In this document: positions 50,616 to 60,849 of the stretch, piece by piece
Layout: each line of letters starts with the position of its first letter
How positions within the stretch are numbered: position 1 is the stretch's first letter
Source of the DNA: Lophium mytilinum
Lineage: Eukaryota
Reading direction: 5' to 3'
NCBI GenBank assembly: GCA_010093605.1
Contig: MU004189.1
Location: forward strand, 1,185,834 to 1,249,833
Length of the DNA stretch: 64,000 bases
Notes under the pieces: generated by a model
Told to the model about the DNA's origin: nothing
The model's database searches: none
The model's input: only the letters and a program-made list of their open reading frames with translations
Program-made: the position numbers and the translations under genes

Positions 50616-51823
50616 CACCTGCCCACGCGGAAACAAACAACAACACTCCTCTCGAAGCAGATGTAGAGACGGCCGAGCCAATCCAGACCACAAATGCTGG
50701 CTACCTTGACATTGCACAGACGGAGGTACCTCGTCTGTTCAACTCAAATGCCGACATCATCGCTTACCAGAGGGCCGAATCCAAACGAACCGCTTACGCT
50801 ACGAGAATCGAGCATAATGGCTACAAGCTCAACTGGGCTCTCTACAATTGCCGCGCAGCTCTAGCTCTAGTGACCTCTATCTTGGATCTGATCAGAAACC
50901 ACCACCTCCATAAAGATCTCTTGCTGAGGGAAGTATTTTATGGTCTAGATTCAGAGAGCGTTAAGGGCCAAACCATGACTCCTGAACAGCGAGTTGAGGG
51001 TCGAACGATCACTCCTGAGCAGCGAGTCGCTTTTGATGCTCTTGTCCAGCGCTTCACTGCCCTCTCCGAGCTTATGCCTCTCTCGGAATACATAGAAGTC
51101 TTACTTCACTACGGGAGTGAGATCTGGCCAGTTGTTCACAACCTTGGCAGGGGGGGTAAGTACAACATCTACTACCAGCGGTGTTTGAACGCCCACAATT
51201 ACTTGGTTGGAAGCAAACATCCAGATCACTTTGTGAGCTGGATCTTTAAGAAGATGCGAATATTCCCCAGACTAGAGGTCGAGCTTTGTAGCATGATTGC
51301 GGTATTGGAGGATTTCATTCCAGACGTAGAGGCTCTGTGGGGGTTTGATGTGACGGAAGCCGACCAAGATACGCGAGTCGGTTGGGTAAAAGAAGGCTGG
51401 TCTTCGGCGGATTCTTCGCTGTTGAGACCTCGAAATCGCCCACCCGCTCCTACGCCACCTCCGTCAGAGGAATGGAGGCCGGAAAGCCCCATAGGTGGTT
51501 GGGATGGTTCAAGGCACGAAGAAATCGAGGCCCATCGTAAGATGCTAAGGGAACTCGACGATTACCCCGACAGTGACGACGAATCCCAGTACGGCGACTA
51601 TGACGAGGACCCTGAGGCTACCCTTTGGACGGCCCAATGCGAAGCCCGTCAAGAGATCAATGAAGTACTACAAGTCGGAAGGGGCACTAAATTGTTTACG
51701 ACTGTGATGCAAGCTTCTTGGGTCCGCCAAAATATTGCCAAACTGCGCACGTTCCTCAATGAGTGGCACCATGAGCATCCGGAGCTCCCAAAGGATCTCC
51801 GTGGGTACAGCAACGAGGTGTAA
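50612..51823 (+). CDS. 3' part (403 codons, still open) of tandem-family paralog C, putative HEPN/DUF86-like protein
   Basis: The first 33 codons of ORF 50513-51823 are element-derived AT-rich sequence. The remainder aligns with paralogs A and D. RCLNAH at 51179-51196; ends GYSNEV*. Confidence 0.85.
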   Translation, partial: LTPAHAETNNNTPLEADVETAEPIQTTNAGYLDIAQTEVPRLFNSNADIIAYQRAESKRTAYATRIEHNGYKLNWALYNCRAALALVTSILDLIRNHHLHKDLLLREVFYGLDSESVKGQTMTPEQRVEGRTITPEQRVAFDALVQRFTALSELMPLSEYIEVLLHYGSEIWPVVHNLGRGGKYNIYYQRCLNAHNYLVGSKHPDHFVSWIFKKMRIFPRLEVELCSMIAVLEDFIPDVEALWGFDVTEADQDTRVGWVKEGWSSADSSLLRPRNRPPAPTPPPSEEWRPESPIGGWDGSRHEEIEAHRKMLRELDDYPDSDDESQYGDYDEDPEATLWTAQCEARQEINEVLQVGRGTKLFTTVMQASWVRQNIAKLRTFLNEWHHEHPELPKDLRGYSNEV

Positions 51824-52138
51824 CTTGGAGCCAATGTGGAATGTGGAACAAGAAGCCCCCTCCGTCAGTCCCATTTCAGGGGAAATGTGCAGTTCGAGCA
51901 ACACAGCTACGATTAGTCTCTAAATGCATGCCTAGTTATACCAAAATCATACCCCGTTCCTGTTTTCATTATATCAATGCTTTATTTCTCTTGCCTCGTG
52001 TCGTGAACTCACTTACGTGAAAACACTGAACACAATAGTATTATGATGTAGATGTGACAGCGTGGGCCAGACTGATCTTAGATCCATGAAATCAACTGAT
52101 CGCTGCCGCACTTTTCTAATCATCACCTTGTCTATACC

Positions 52139-53427
52139 ATGACTCCCACCACTCATTAATAGGCTTCTCGGTGCATCAACTCTTCGTTCTACATTTCCCT
52201 CGCTTCTTTTGCTTGCTGCTAATCACCTGATAGGCTCAGTCCTTGAACCTCCTAAGGACCGTCTATCCAGCGTTGAAGACCCTGAGGCACACTCATCATG
52301 CAGTGAAGCTCCACTACCAGATAGAGTTGCCAAATCACCAACCCCTGTAAGCGAAGTGCCATGGAGCCATGAGTCCGAAACCACCAAATTTTCAAAAGTC
52401 AGGAAATGCACATCGAGTCCCAAGACAAATTGGCGGACGAACCTCGCAATAGCCCTTAAGAAGATACGCAAGAACAGCCAGATAACGAGCCTTCCACCAA
52501 TATCCCACATTCCGGAGCCGCTGTCAGCAAGCCCTTTCTTACGCCCGTCGCCGAGATCATCGCAGAAATCAGGAACACAACACATCCGACATTCCACAAC
52601 AACCTGCGAGACCGATTAGCACCCAATCTCCACAGCCTCATCTACGCTATGCGCTCCGCCCTTTTCTTAGTACAAACTTCATTAACTATCATTGAAAAAT
52701 ATGGCCTCAATAAGTACCAGCTTATGACAACTCCGATCCTAGCTCCAGAGGGCAACACCTTGACAGACGACCAACGCATTGCCTTGAATTGAGTGATCCA
52801 GCGTACGACCGCCCTATCTGAACTCCCACAAAATCGGTATGGCAAGAGCGTGTGGGAACAGCTGAGCAGTATACACAACTGGGCAAGTTTATTCTGGCCA
52901 GTCCTCTACGACTCAAGGGGCGACTTGTACGCCCAGCGGTGTAGGAATGCCCACGAGTACCTGGCTGGGGGGAAGCATCCGACGAACTTCGTGGAGAAGC
53001 TACGGGAGCAGCTAGAAAAACACCCGATGATGGAAGCCGAGCTGGTCAACGTCATCGAGGTGTTGGAGGATTTTGTTCCGGATATTCAGGCCCAGTGGAT
53101 GGCGGATGGTTGGCTGCTGGTTGAGGCGGGCGACTGGTCATGATTTATGAAGACTACGCCGCCAACGCCACCGACATCGGAGATTATTTATGGTTTGGGG
53201 GGCTATGGATGGGGTTATGAGGGTTGGTGTCGGAGCAGGAATCCGTGGACATGACTCCATGTCCGCGACATGGCTGGCGTCGGCGTGTGTTCGACTTCAT
53301 AATGAAGAGCATGTGGGTTCGTCGGAGGGCCCAAAATCTCTGCTACTTTCTCTATGACTGGATCGGTGAGAACGGGAGGGTTGACTTTTCCCAAGAGGAT
53401 ACAGACGGCTATAGCAACGAAATTTGA
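52139..53427 (+). pseudogene. Tandem-family paralog D, disrupted; 5' limit approximate
   Basis: One frame reads NLHSLIYAMRSALFLVQTSL...LTDDQRIALN*VIQRTTALSELP...FWPVL...QRCRNAHEYL...EAELVNVIEVLEDFVPDI. It has stops at 52457, 52790 and 53141 and a frameshift into ...GWRRRVFDFIMKSMWVRRRAQNLCYFL...DGYSNEI*. Confidence 0.85.
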
Positions 53428-54819
53428 GCTGTCTGTCCTGTTATAAAGGGCCTGATGAGAATCAGTATTAATAAACTGACGAAAAGCTAGGCGCGCTTTA
53501 AGAAAACACTGATTTTTAACATCTAGAAAGCCGACGAATAAAAACAGGGGCCCGTTTCATCTGCTATGCAAGAGGAAATCATAAAGATCTAAACACGTGC
53601 TAAGAACCACACCCTATCTCGCGACGCCACAAATCCGCTGCCCAATCCCTTCCACACGTGACCATCAGCTGCTCTCAGCTACACTAGCCCTCTCTTCACC
53701 TATAAAAGGCCCACCCCTTCCGGTCCTAACAGTCTCAAACAAATATTCAGGTTTAGATCGTTGATCTATGGGACCTAGGAGACCTGATGGGAAACCGAGT
53801 CTATCCTCGGCAATGGAGTAAAAACACCCACGCCCTTCGTCTATGGAAACTGGTGGAGGAGTAAAACCAGCTACAAAAGCGAAGAATGGAGGGATTGGGT
53901 GGGCGTTGGGAAGTTGGTAAACAGTCAGTCGTGGAGATGAAGAGCGGCATCCTTTGGATGTGATGGGGAGAATCGAATATCACAGATGATGGCGATTGTA
54001 TTCAAGCGTTAGAGACGCCGTGTTGTTGAAACTGGAGAACTTTGGTGATCTTTGATGACGCTGCGCATCACCACTGAAAACCCAATGAACCGTTGCAGTC
54101 GCCTCCTCCACCCCCCACACATCGAGCTGTGAACCATGCCTTCTTGCCCACCACAGGCCTTCCATGAGATGGCACTCGAGTTCTAGTTTCAGGATCATGC
54201 GCGTGCAGTAGTAAGTCTTTTGAACAAATCTGCCGCCTGCGCTTTCTACTGCAGAAGAAATGGAGGGTGTGGTAGCGTTTTATAGTCCCACGAGAACGCG
54301 GGCGCCTGAGCGGCACGTGAGGGATGATGCTGCACGTGCCGCAACGGTGAGCTGTCCGCTGCATATGCCAAGAATTGTTCTGCATGTCAAGCACTCCCCT
54401 TGATACGGCTAGCACTGACATGGCGGGAACAAACCTAAGACTCCAACGTTGTTGGATGAGAAAGCACGCCCCGCCTAAGATTAGGGGGACCGGAAAATAA
54501 GCGACGTTATATACTCCAACAAACGTATGTTTTAATCAAGACATGTCCGTAGGCAAAACTCGCCGATTACAAAAGCCTTATAATCGTAGGAACACGCATC
54601 TCAATACCTAAATGACGAATACATATATACCCTTGAATCTAAAACCAGCCCCCACAACAGTCCAACCTCTCAACCAACAAGCGTATACTATTCCCACCCC
54701 TTTCCCCGTTCCCCTCCATATCCTCCTCCCCTCTTTCCCTTCCCCATGCCCCTCGTCCTAGTTCCCACTCGTAAAAATCTTATTCACGCAACACACCAGA
54801 TCTACCCGCAATCTCAAAA

Positions 54820-55838
54820 TCAGCAATAGCCCCCTACACATTCACAAAAACAGATTAGCAAACTATTTCACGTACATTCCGTTCCCGCCAGCCCCTTACA
54901 GCTCCCCGCAGCACCACTCGTGGGTTCCGGGCCGCCCGCATACGCCGTCACAGTCACCGTGACCGTGGCGGCGGCGGGGCAGCTAGCGCCAGCAGCAGGC
55001 GGGGCAGAGACGGCGGACGATGCTGGGAGGGGGGAGGGGGTCAGACAGGGTGTCTTAGTGGATTGGGGCTGGGGAGGGGGAATGACGGCGGAGGGGGATT
55101 TGGTGCAGGGGATTGACGAAGCAGGGACGGCGGGAGGGAGGGGAGAGGAGGGGGAGGGGGTGCAGGGAGTTTTCGACGAGGAGAACTCCTCGGGGGTTGA
55201 GAGGGGCTTGGGAATACATGATGTTTTGAAGGTGGAGGGAGCGGGGGTAGGGGTTGTGCAAGGGGTTTTGGAGGAAGGGGGTGGGACTGCTGCGCCGCTG
55301 CTGCTTCCGCCACCACTCTGGGCGCTGCTGGACCCAGGTGCTGCGCTGCTCGAAGGGCTGGGAGGGGGTGAGTTAGACGTACCAGCCGGAGGGGCGGGCG
55401 CGGAGGTCGCCGTGACCAAGGTAGTCGGGGCCGACTGTGCGGGAGAGGCGGTGGGTGTGCCGGCGGCGGAGGAGGCCGCTGGGGTCGCGGTGGCAACGCA
55501 GGCGCACACGGCGCTGGCGGAGGCTTGCACGCTCAGTGCGGTCGCGACGCCGCAGCCGCTGATGACGCAGGCTTGGGCGGAGGCTTGGAGCTGGGCGCTG
55601 CTCACGCACTGGCATTTGAAGTCATCTGCGCTGCAGCCGATGGCGGAGCCGGCGGAGAGAAGGCAGGTTTGCTGCGGTTGGCGGTGTTAGTTATGGTGGG
55701 ATGTGCTGAGTGGGAAAAGGGAGGGCTTCGTACACCGCAGGCTGGGATATTGGCGACCACGGAGGCACACTGCGCTTGGCCAGCAACTGAGGATGCGAAG
55801 GCCAAGGCGAAGGCCGCAATGATGGTGAAAGACTTCAT
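54820..55838 (-). CDS. Secreted CFEM-domain protein with a Ser/Thr/Pro/Ala-rich tail
   Basis: Signal peptide MKSFTIIAAFALAFASSVAG. Intron 55733-55672 (GTACGA..CTAAC..CAG) joins IPACG/QTCLLSAGSAIGCSADDFKCQC...AQACVISGC...AVC, the CFEM cysteine pattern. KTPCT repeats in the tail. A probable short last intron gives ...TEWGYC* (alternative stop at 54868). Confidence 0.9.
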
Positions 55839-57291
55839 GTTGAAGATTTGATGGCTGCGGGATCGAAGGTAGGCTGGAAAGGTAGAGAGAAAGTGCTGGC
55901 TGCTGGTTCCTTCATTGTGGTCATTTCCGCTCCTTATGTATCTTTTCGTGAGGCTGTCCTGCTTTTCCCATGCCTCGGCCAATATTGGGCCCCATGAGCT
56001 CCAATTCGCCTTTCAGGTGAGAAAGAAGTCTCTTCGCGCTGTGCCGCACTACTGTCGTCTCTTTCGGTTGCGCAAAATGACAGACAGGCCTCCAAGACCG
56101 AGTGATATTCAGTCACATGGAAACCAATATGGTGAATGTAGGAACTCACGTAATAGAAACTACTCACGAGCCAATTGAATGATGAACGTTGACGCAGGCC
56201 TAGCCCAGTGAACTCGAGCAGTGAAAGTATAACACAAGAGCCTACCTTGACCACGAGGGGAAATATAGATTGCGCTTCCTAATAAGGAAATGCCCAGCCT
56301 CAACCCGGACGGTGCTCCGTACCCCAGAATATTCCCCGGACGGGACGGTTGCGGGGAAGCTAGTCGCCAGGAACGGGGCACGGACGGCGTAGACCCTGGT
56401 TCGCCGCGGCTCCATGAAATGGGGAAGTGCTTGCCATGTGAAAACAATGAGATTGTAAAGAAAGCTACGAACGCGGTTGTTCACATGCAAGCTTTGCTAA
56501 GCTTTAGAGCTTTTATCTCGGCCCAGGTTTCGAGTGGCTTGGCTGACAGTCGATGAAAGTGGCGCCGGTAGACGTTACTTGATACTCTTTCTGGGTTCAA
56601 AGCCCGCAATGAACACGATGAGGTTCCTTAGACTCCGGGTTCTCACGGAATTTTCCCAAGAAGAGTGCCTGATTGGGCGTTCGAGGGCAAAGAAGGCGTC
56701 AATGGCGATGCATCACCAGCGGGAGGCGTAGCCGAGCGTTACGTCGTCTGCCAGGGTACAGTGTAGCGTGGTTAGAAGTAGTACGAGTAGGAGAATAAAT
56801 GCCGAAAGCCGAATTGAGGAGGTGGTACAAGTCGACTAGGTCGGCCCTTGGGCAACAGTTGTTTCTGGCCGCGTGGGCATCGCTGAATCTGCGGAGAACA
56901 GGATGAACGAGTTCAAGAATGGAGTCGCAGAACTAGGTAAGTCGGCAGCCTTTCTACTTATTATATTCGCGAAGATGTCGACATCTGCAACGCATATGAT
57001 GAATAACGGGTTCTCGGGAATTAGACAGAATGGGCCACGGGATGAGGTGAGAATGGCAGTTGAGAAAGGGGAGAGCGGGGCTGAGACGCTAATACTAATC
57101 CTAGCATGGTCACGTGCGCTCACCATAGAAGCATGATCGAGACCCTTGAGTCTGATGAATGCAGTCTTTCTTGCTGAGTATAACAACATTATTCAGTTAG
57201 CCTTTGAACTTCACATTTAGTCTAGTACATATATTTACAGTCTCTAGCGGTCGGAATACTAACTAAGTTTCACAGATGCACTCGTAACTCT

Positions 57292-59658
57292 TCAACCACC
57301 ACATCCTCCACATCCTCCTCCATCACCTCCTCCGTCCCCTCCGCCTCCTCCACCTCCACATGTCCCACATCCGCCAGCTACGTTCCCATGTCCACCGCAC
57401 GCACTAGAACAAGCGGGCCCAGCATCACCCGCACAGCTCCCAATACTAATCGTCCCTCCACAAGTCCCCGCCGCGCAACCACCTCCAGCCCCGGTTCTAT
57501 TCTCCGCCTGCGTCGGATCCGTACAGTAGGTACCGCCACTGATCGTGGGATCTGCGACATACGGGCCATAATATGGGACATACATCGGCTGGCCGTAGGG
57601 GGAATAGATATACTCGCCCTCCTCCCTCTTCGGCGGCTCCTTCCCCTTCTTCTTCGCCGCCTTGCACACTTTCGCGTAGCCCTCTTCGTGCTCATGTACC
57701 AACTCTGGACGCCTCGCGAAACCGTCAGAAGTCCATTTGATAGCATTGTGAGTCGAGATGTGCGGGCCGTTAATGACATCGGTTGGCTGCCGCGTGCGGT
57801 GGATACCGACCTCCCATAGTCTTGCTTTGGCGAGGGGGTTTAGCTTTGTAACGACGGAGACACGTTGGGATTCGCGGGTGGACTCGCAGTACCAACATGA
57901 GCACTCGGAGTACGGCTTCCCGTATTTCTTTTCGTATGCGTTGCAGGTCCACTTGAAGAAGGTGGAGAGATCGCCTTCCGGGATCTTATCGTCGTGGTTG
58001 ATGAACTTCTTGGTTTCGAAGACGGTGTAGAAGTAGTAGTTTCTCGGATGGAGCTGGTGCGTGTGCCAGGCTAAGTCGACATCGAGGGTCGGCACGGCTG
58101 TCTTCTTGGGGTTCTCTTTGATGAGGCGGATGAAGCGGTGGTATTTGATGATTGACCGGTCCATGGTGGCAAGGATGGCGGGGGAGTGGTACCAGTCGAT
58201 TTTGTACATCTTTTGTATGAAAGTGCCTTGTCGGATGACGGCGCCGACGAGATCAACCCCAAAGCGCGAAGAGTTGTCCCAGTACTGGGCCATCATCCGC
58301 CGGATCGCTTTCTTAGATTTTTTGGAAATGAAATCTGGCTTGTTCTGGTCTGCATTCACAATGCTTCTTTGCTCGAAGCTGAACATGATGGACTCGATGT
58401 AGGATTTGACATGCTTCATTGTGAGATCCGGGTTTTCCTTGAACGAGAATCGAAAGTCGGGTATTGACTCCACGATGCGATTCGGGAAGAAGAGATCGTG
58501 GTTGCCCAGTTTCTTTTTTCCGTCGACTAGTTCTGGTGTCCCGTCGAGGCCAAGAATCGTGCCTGGCATAGGTCGGTTCTGTAATACCAGGGATTCGCAG
58601 TCATTCGTGAATTTGGCAACACGGAGCTTTTCGTGTGTAACGGTCAAGCAACATGAAGAACATGTTTGGTAAAAGCCACTACCCGTAAAACCTGAGTCAT
58701 GGCTCTTGAAAGCCTTGAAAGACTGATCGCTCAAAAGCATATCCGAGGGAGGCCGCGTCCATGGTACATGCAGTGTGGTAGAACAGCTAGGGCAAGCGAT
58801 CTCTTTCTCGTTTGGACCGTCAATGTTGTCCCAGGTGAGTCCGGTATCGTTCTCGAAGTCGATCTTCGTAAGGGTCGGCATTTTGAAGACAAATGTGTCT
58901 CCGTCGATTCTTTCGTGAATTTGGTTCCAAGGAAGTGGAGTTATCCAGAGGTCATGTTTCGATAAGCGCATGCAGTCCTCGAGGTATACTCTTGGATTTA
59001 GCATGTACGCATGCCAGACCATGAGTATGTCTACATTGGCTGTTAGTTATACCGTGAAGAGCTTAAAGTAAAGAAACATACCAAGTGGGGGTAGGTTTCC
59101 TCCAATATCTAGTGGCCGTCCTGCAACTGGGAATGCGCGTGGGTTATAAGGATACGCAGGCTCTCCAATCCCGACTTCGAAATGTACAGTCTTCAAGGAA
59201 GGAGCTTTGCGAGGCTCACGCCTGTCAGAATCATCCCCACCGGTATTCTTCTCCGCTAAAGTTTTCGGGAGCGACCCCCACCACTTCTCGAACCGATCGA
59301 CTGCTCTTGTAACGTAGATAGCCCATCGTTTCTCTTTAATCCATTCGGCATTACGAATGCGATCAGGCCCATCTATCGCACTGGGCTCATCGATACCGAA
59401 GAGGCCTTCAACATTGCCGACTTCGTACCGCAGTCGATGGAAGACATTTAGGAGTCTTAAATGCGCGATGCATTCAGCAGCTGTTGGAATCTCTAGAGGA
59501 CTGGGAGTAAAATCGAGGGCTTCAAATTGAAAATTGGAAGATTCGGCGGCGTCAGAATACACAGGCGGATCTGCTGGAGGTGGTGGCTCGGGCCGCGACC
59601 CTGACTTTGTCACCGTTTGTGAGCCAACCGAGAGACTCTTCGAGTGAGAAGAACTCAT
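57292..59658 (-). CDS. DUF1399 / glycine-rich-domain-containing (GRDP-like) protein
   Basis: Intron 59081-59031 (GTATGT..CTAAC..TAG) gives LPPLDILMVWHAYMLNP. Also DLVGAVIRQGTF, VPTLDVDLAWHTHQL, INHDD and a Gly/Cys-rich C-terminus (GGCGGCGG). Confidence 0.9.
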
Positions 59659-60849
59659 ATTTACCAAGGCAGAAGAGTAGTGTTGCAAAATTTCGCAGTC
59701 GCGCAGTCGTTGATATATAGTAGCACAGGTTTTGATGGTGGCTTGCATGTGCCGTCAGGCTGCACTGATGTCTGAAGATTGAGAGGCTGCGCCACTTTAC
59801 CCCTGGTATTGGCTGCACACCGAACCCCGTTTCGGGTTGGAAGCCTCGCCATTTGAATGCGATGTAGCTAGTAAATGTGGCTAAGAAGACAAGCCTCTAA
59901 CGAACGAAATCAAGCTCCTGGAGCACGAGGGTGTATGCAACCACTCAGCTGCTGCGTGGATGCATGGAATGAGTTGCGGCCGCCTGCCTCAAGGTCCGCC
60001 TTGCTGACCGTCCAAGTCATAGGGAACGAGCCTCAAGGCATCATCCGAGAGACGGATCACAACTCCTGAACTTGCGGGTGCTGCCAATATTATATCCATG
60101 GTGGTCCAAGGATCAAAAAGCACAGTCAGCGTCGTTCCAGATCATCTCGAACACCAAGCTGACTTTTTGGAGGCACCAACGACCAAAAGTTATGAGCAGC
60201 GCAACTAGATAATTCAGAGTAAATGACCCAGGAAAAGGTTGCAAGAGTAATGACGAGATAGTGGATGATATCCAACAATTTTCTATCGAGGACAGCTGCA
60301 GCGTTACTTTAGGTTGAAGAACGGTTCAGTTGCAACGTTGTGCAGACAAAACAAAATCCATTTGCAGCAAATGGAGTCCTGCAGAAGGAAGGGTGATTGA
60401 GGCTGAGCGGGAGGGTGGACGAGGCTGAAGCAAGGTGAAGAAAGGGGAAGGCTAAGATATGAAGCTAGATCGGAATCGGATGTAGTCGGCGGGCGGTGGC
60501 AGAATCGTGCTCCAGCCTTTCGTCACTGACGCGCTGGGATGACAAAACACCATGACCCGCATCGTGGGGCTCTCCCCACTCTCCAAACGGCCACCTTCGG
60601 CTTTTGCAAGATCAGTCGGCTTATTGTATAACCATCTCGGCTTTTTCACTGTGTCAATGCTGCACTCTGTTGAGCTCTGCAGACTTCAAAAGTGGTGAAG
60701 CCCCTCGTAGTACAGAGATTATCCCGACCTCATCGGCTTAAACCTTTCTTGATTCTTAATCTTATGATTATTAATATCAGCTGAATTACTTGCTCTTATA
60801 TCTACCAGCCTCTTCGCGTCCCTACTCATACATCACTCACTCTAGCATC

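Noticed and set aside
52209..52619. 136-aa ORF as an independent gene
   Set aside because: It overlaps the 5' region of pseudogene D. Family homology lies in a different frame from ~52500 onward, so this is at most a frameshifted N-terminal piece.
53500..54800. Short ORFs between paralog D and the CFEM gene
   Set aside because: Short, mutually overlapping, and without motifs or consistent splice structure. Treated as intergenic, although a TATAAAAG at 53701 hints at an unannotated transcript.
54920..55851. Plus-strand ORFs of 256 aa and 108 aa
   Set aside because: Antisense shadows of the GC-rich CFEM gene, which has a signal peptide, a canonical intron and the cysteine pattern.
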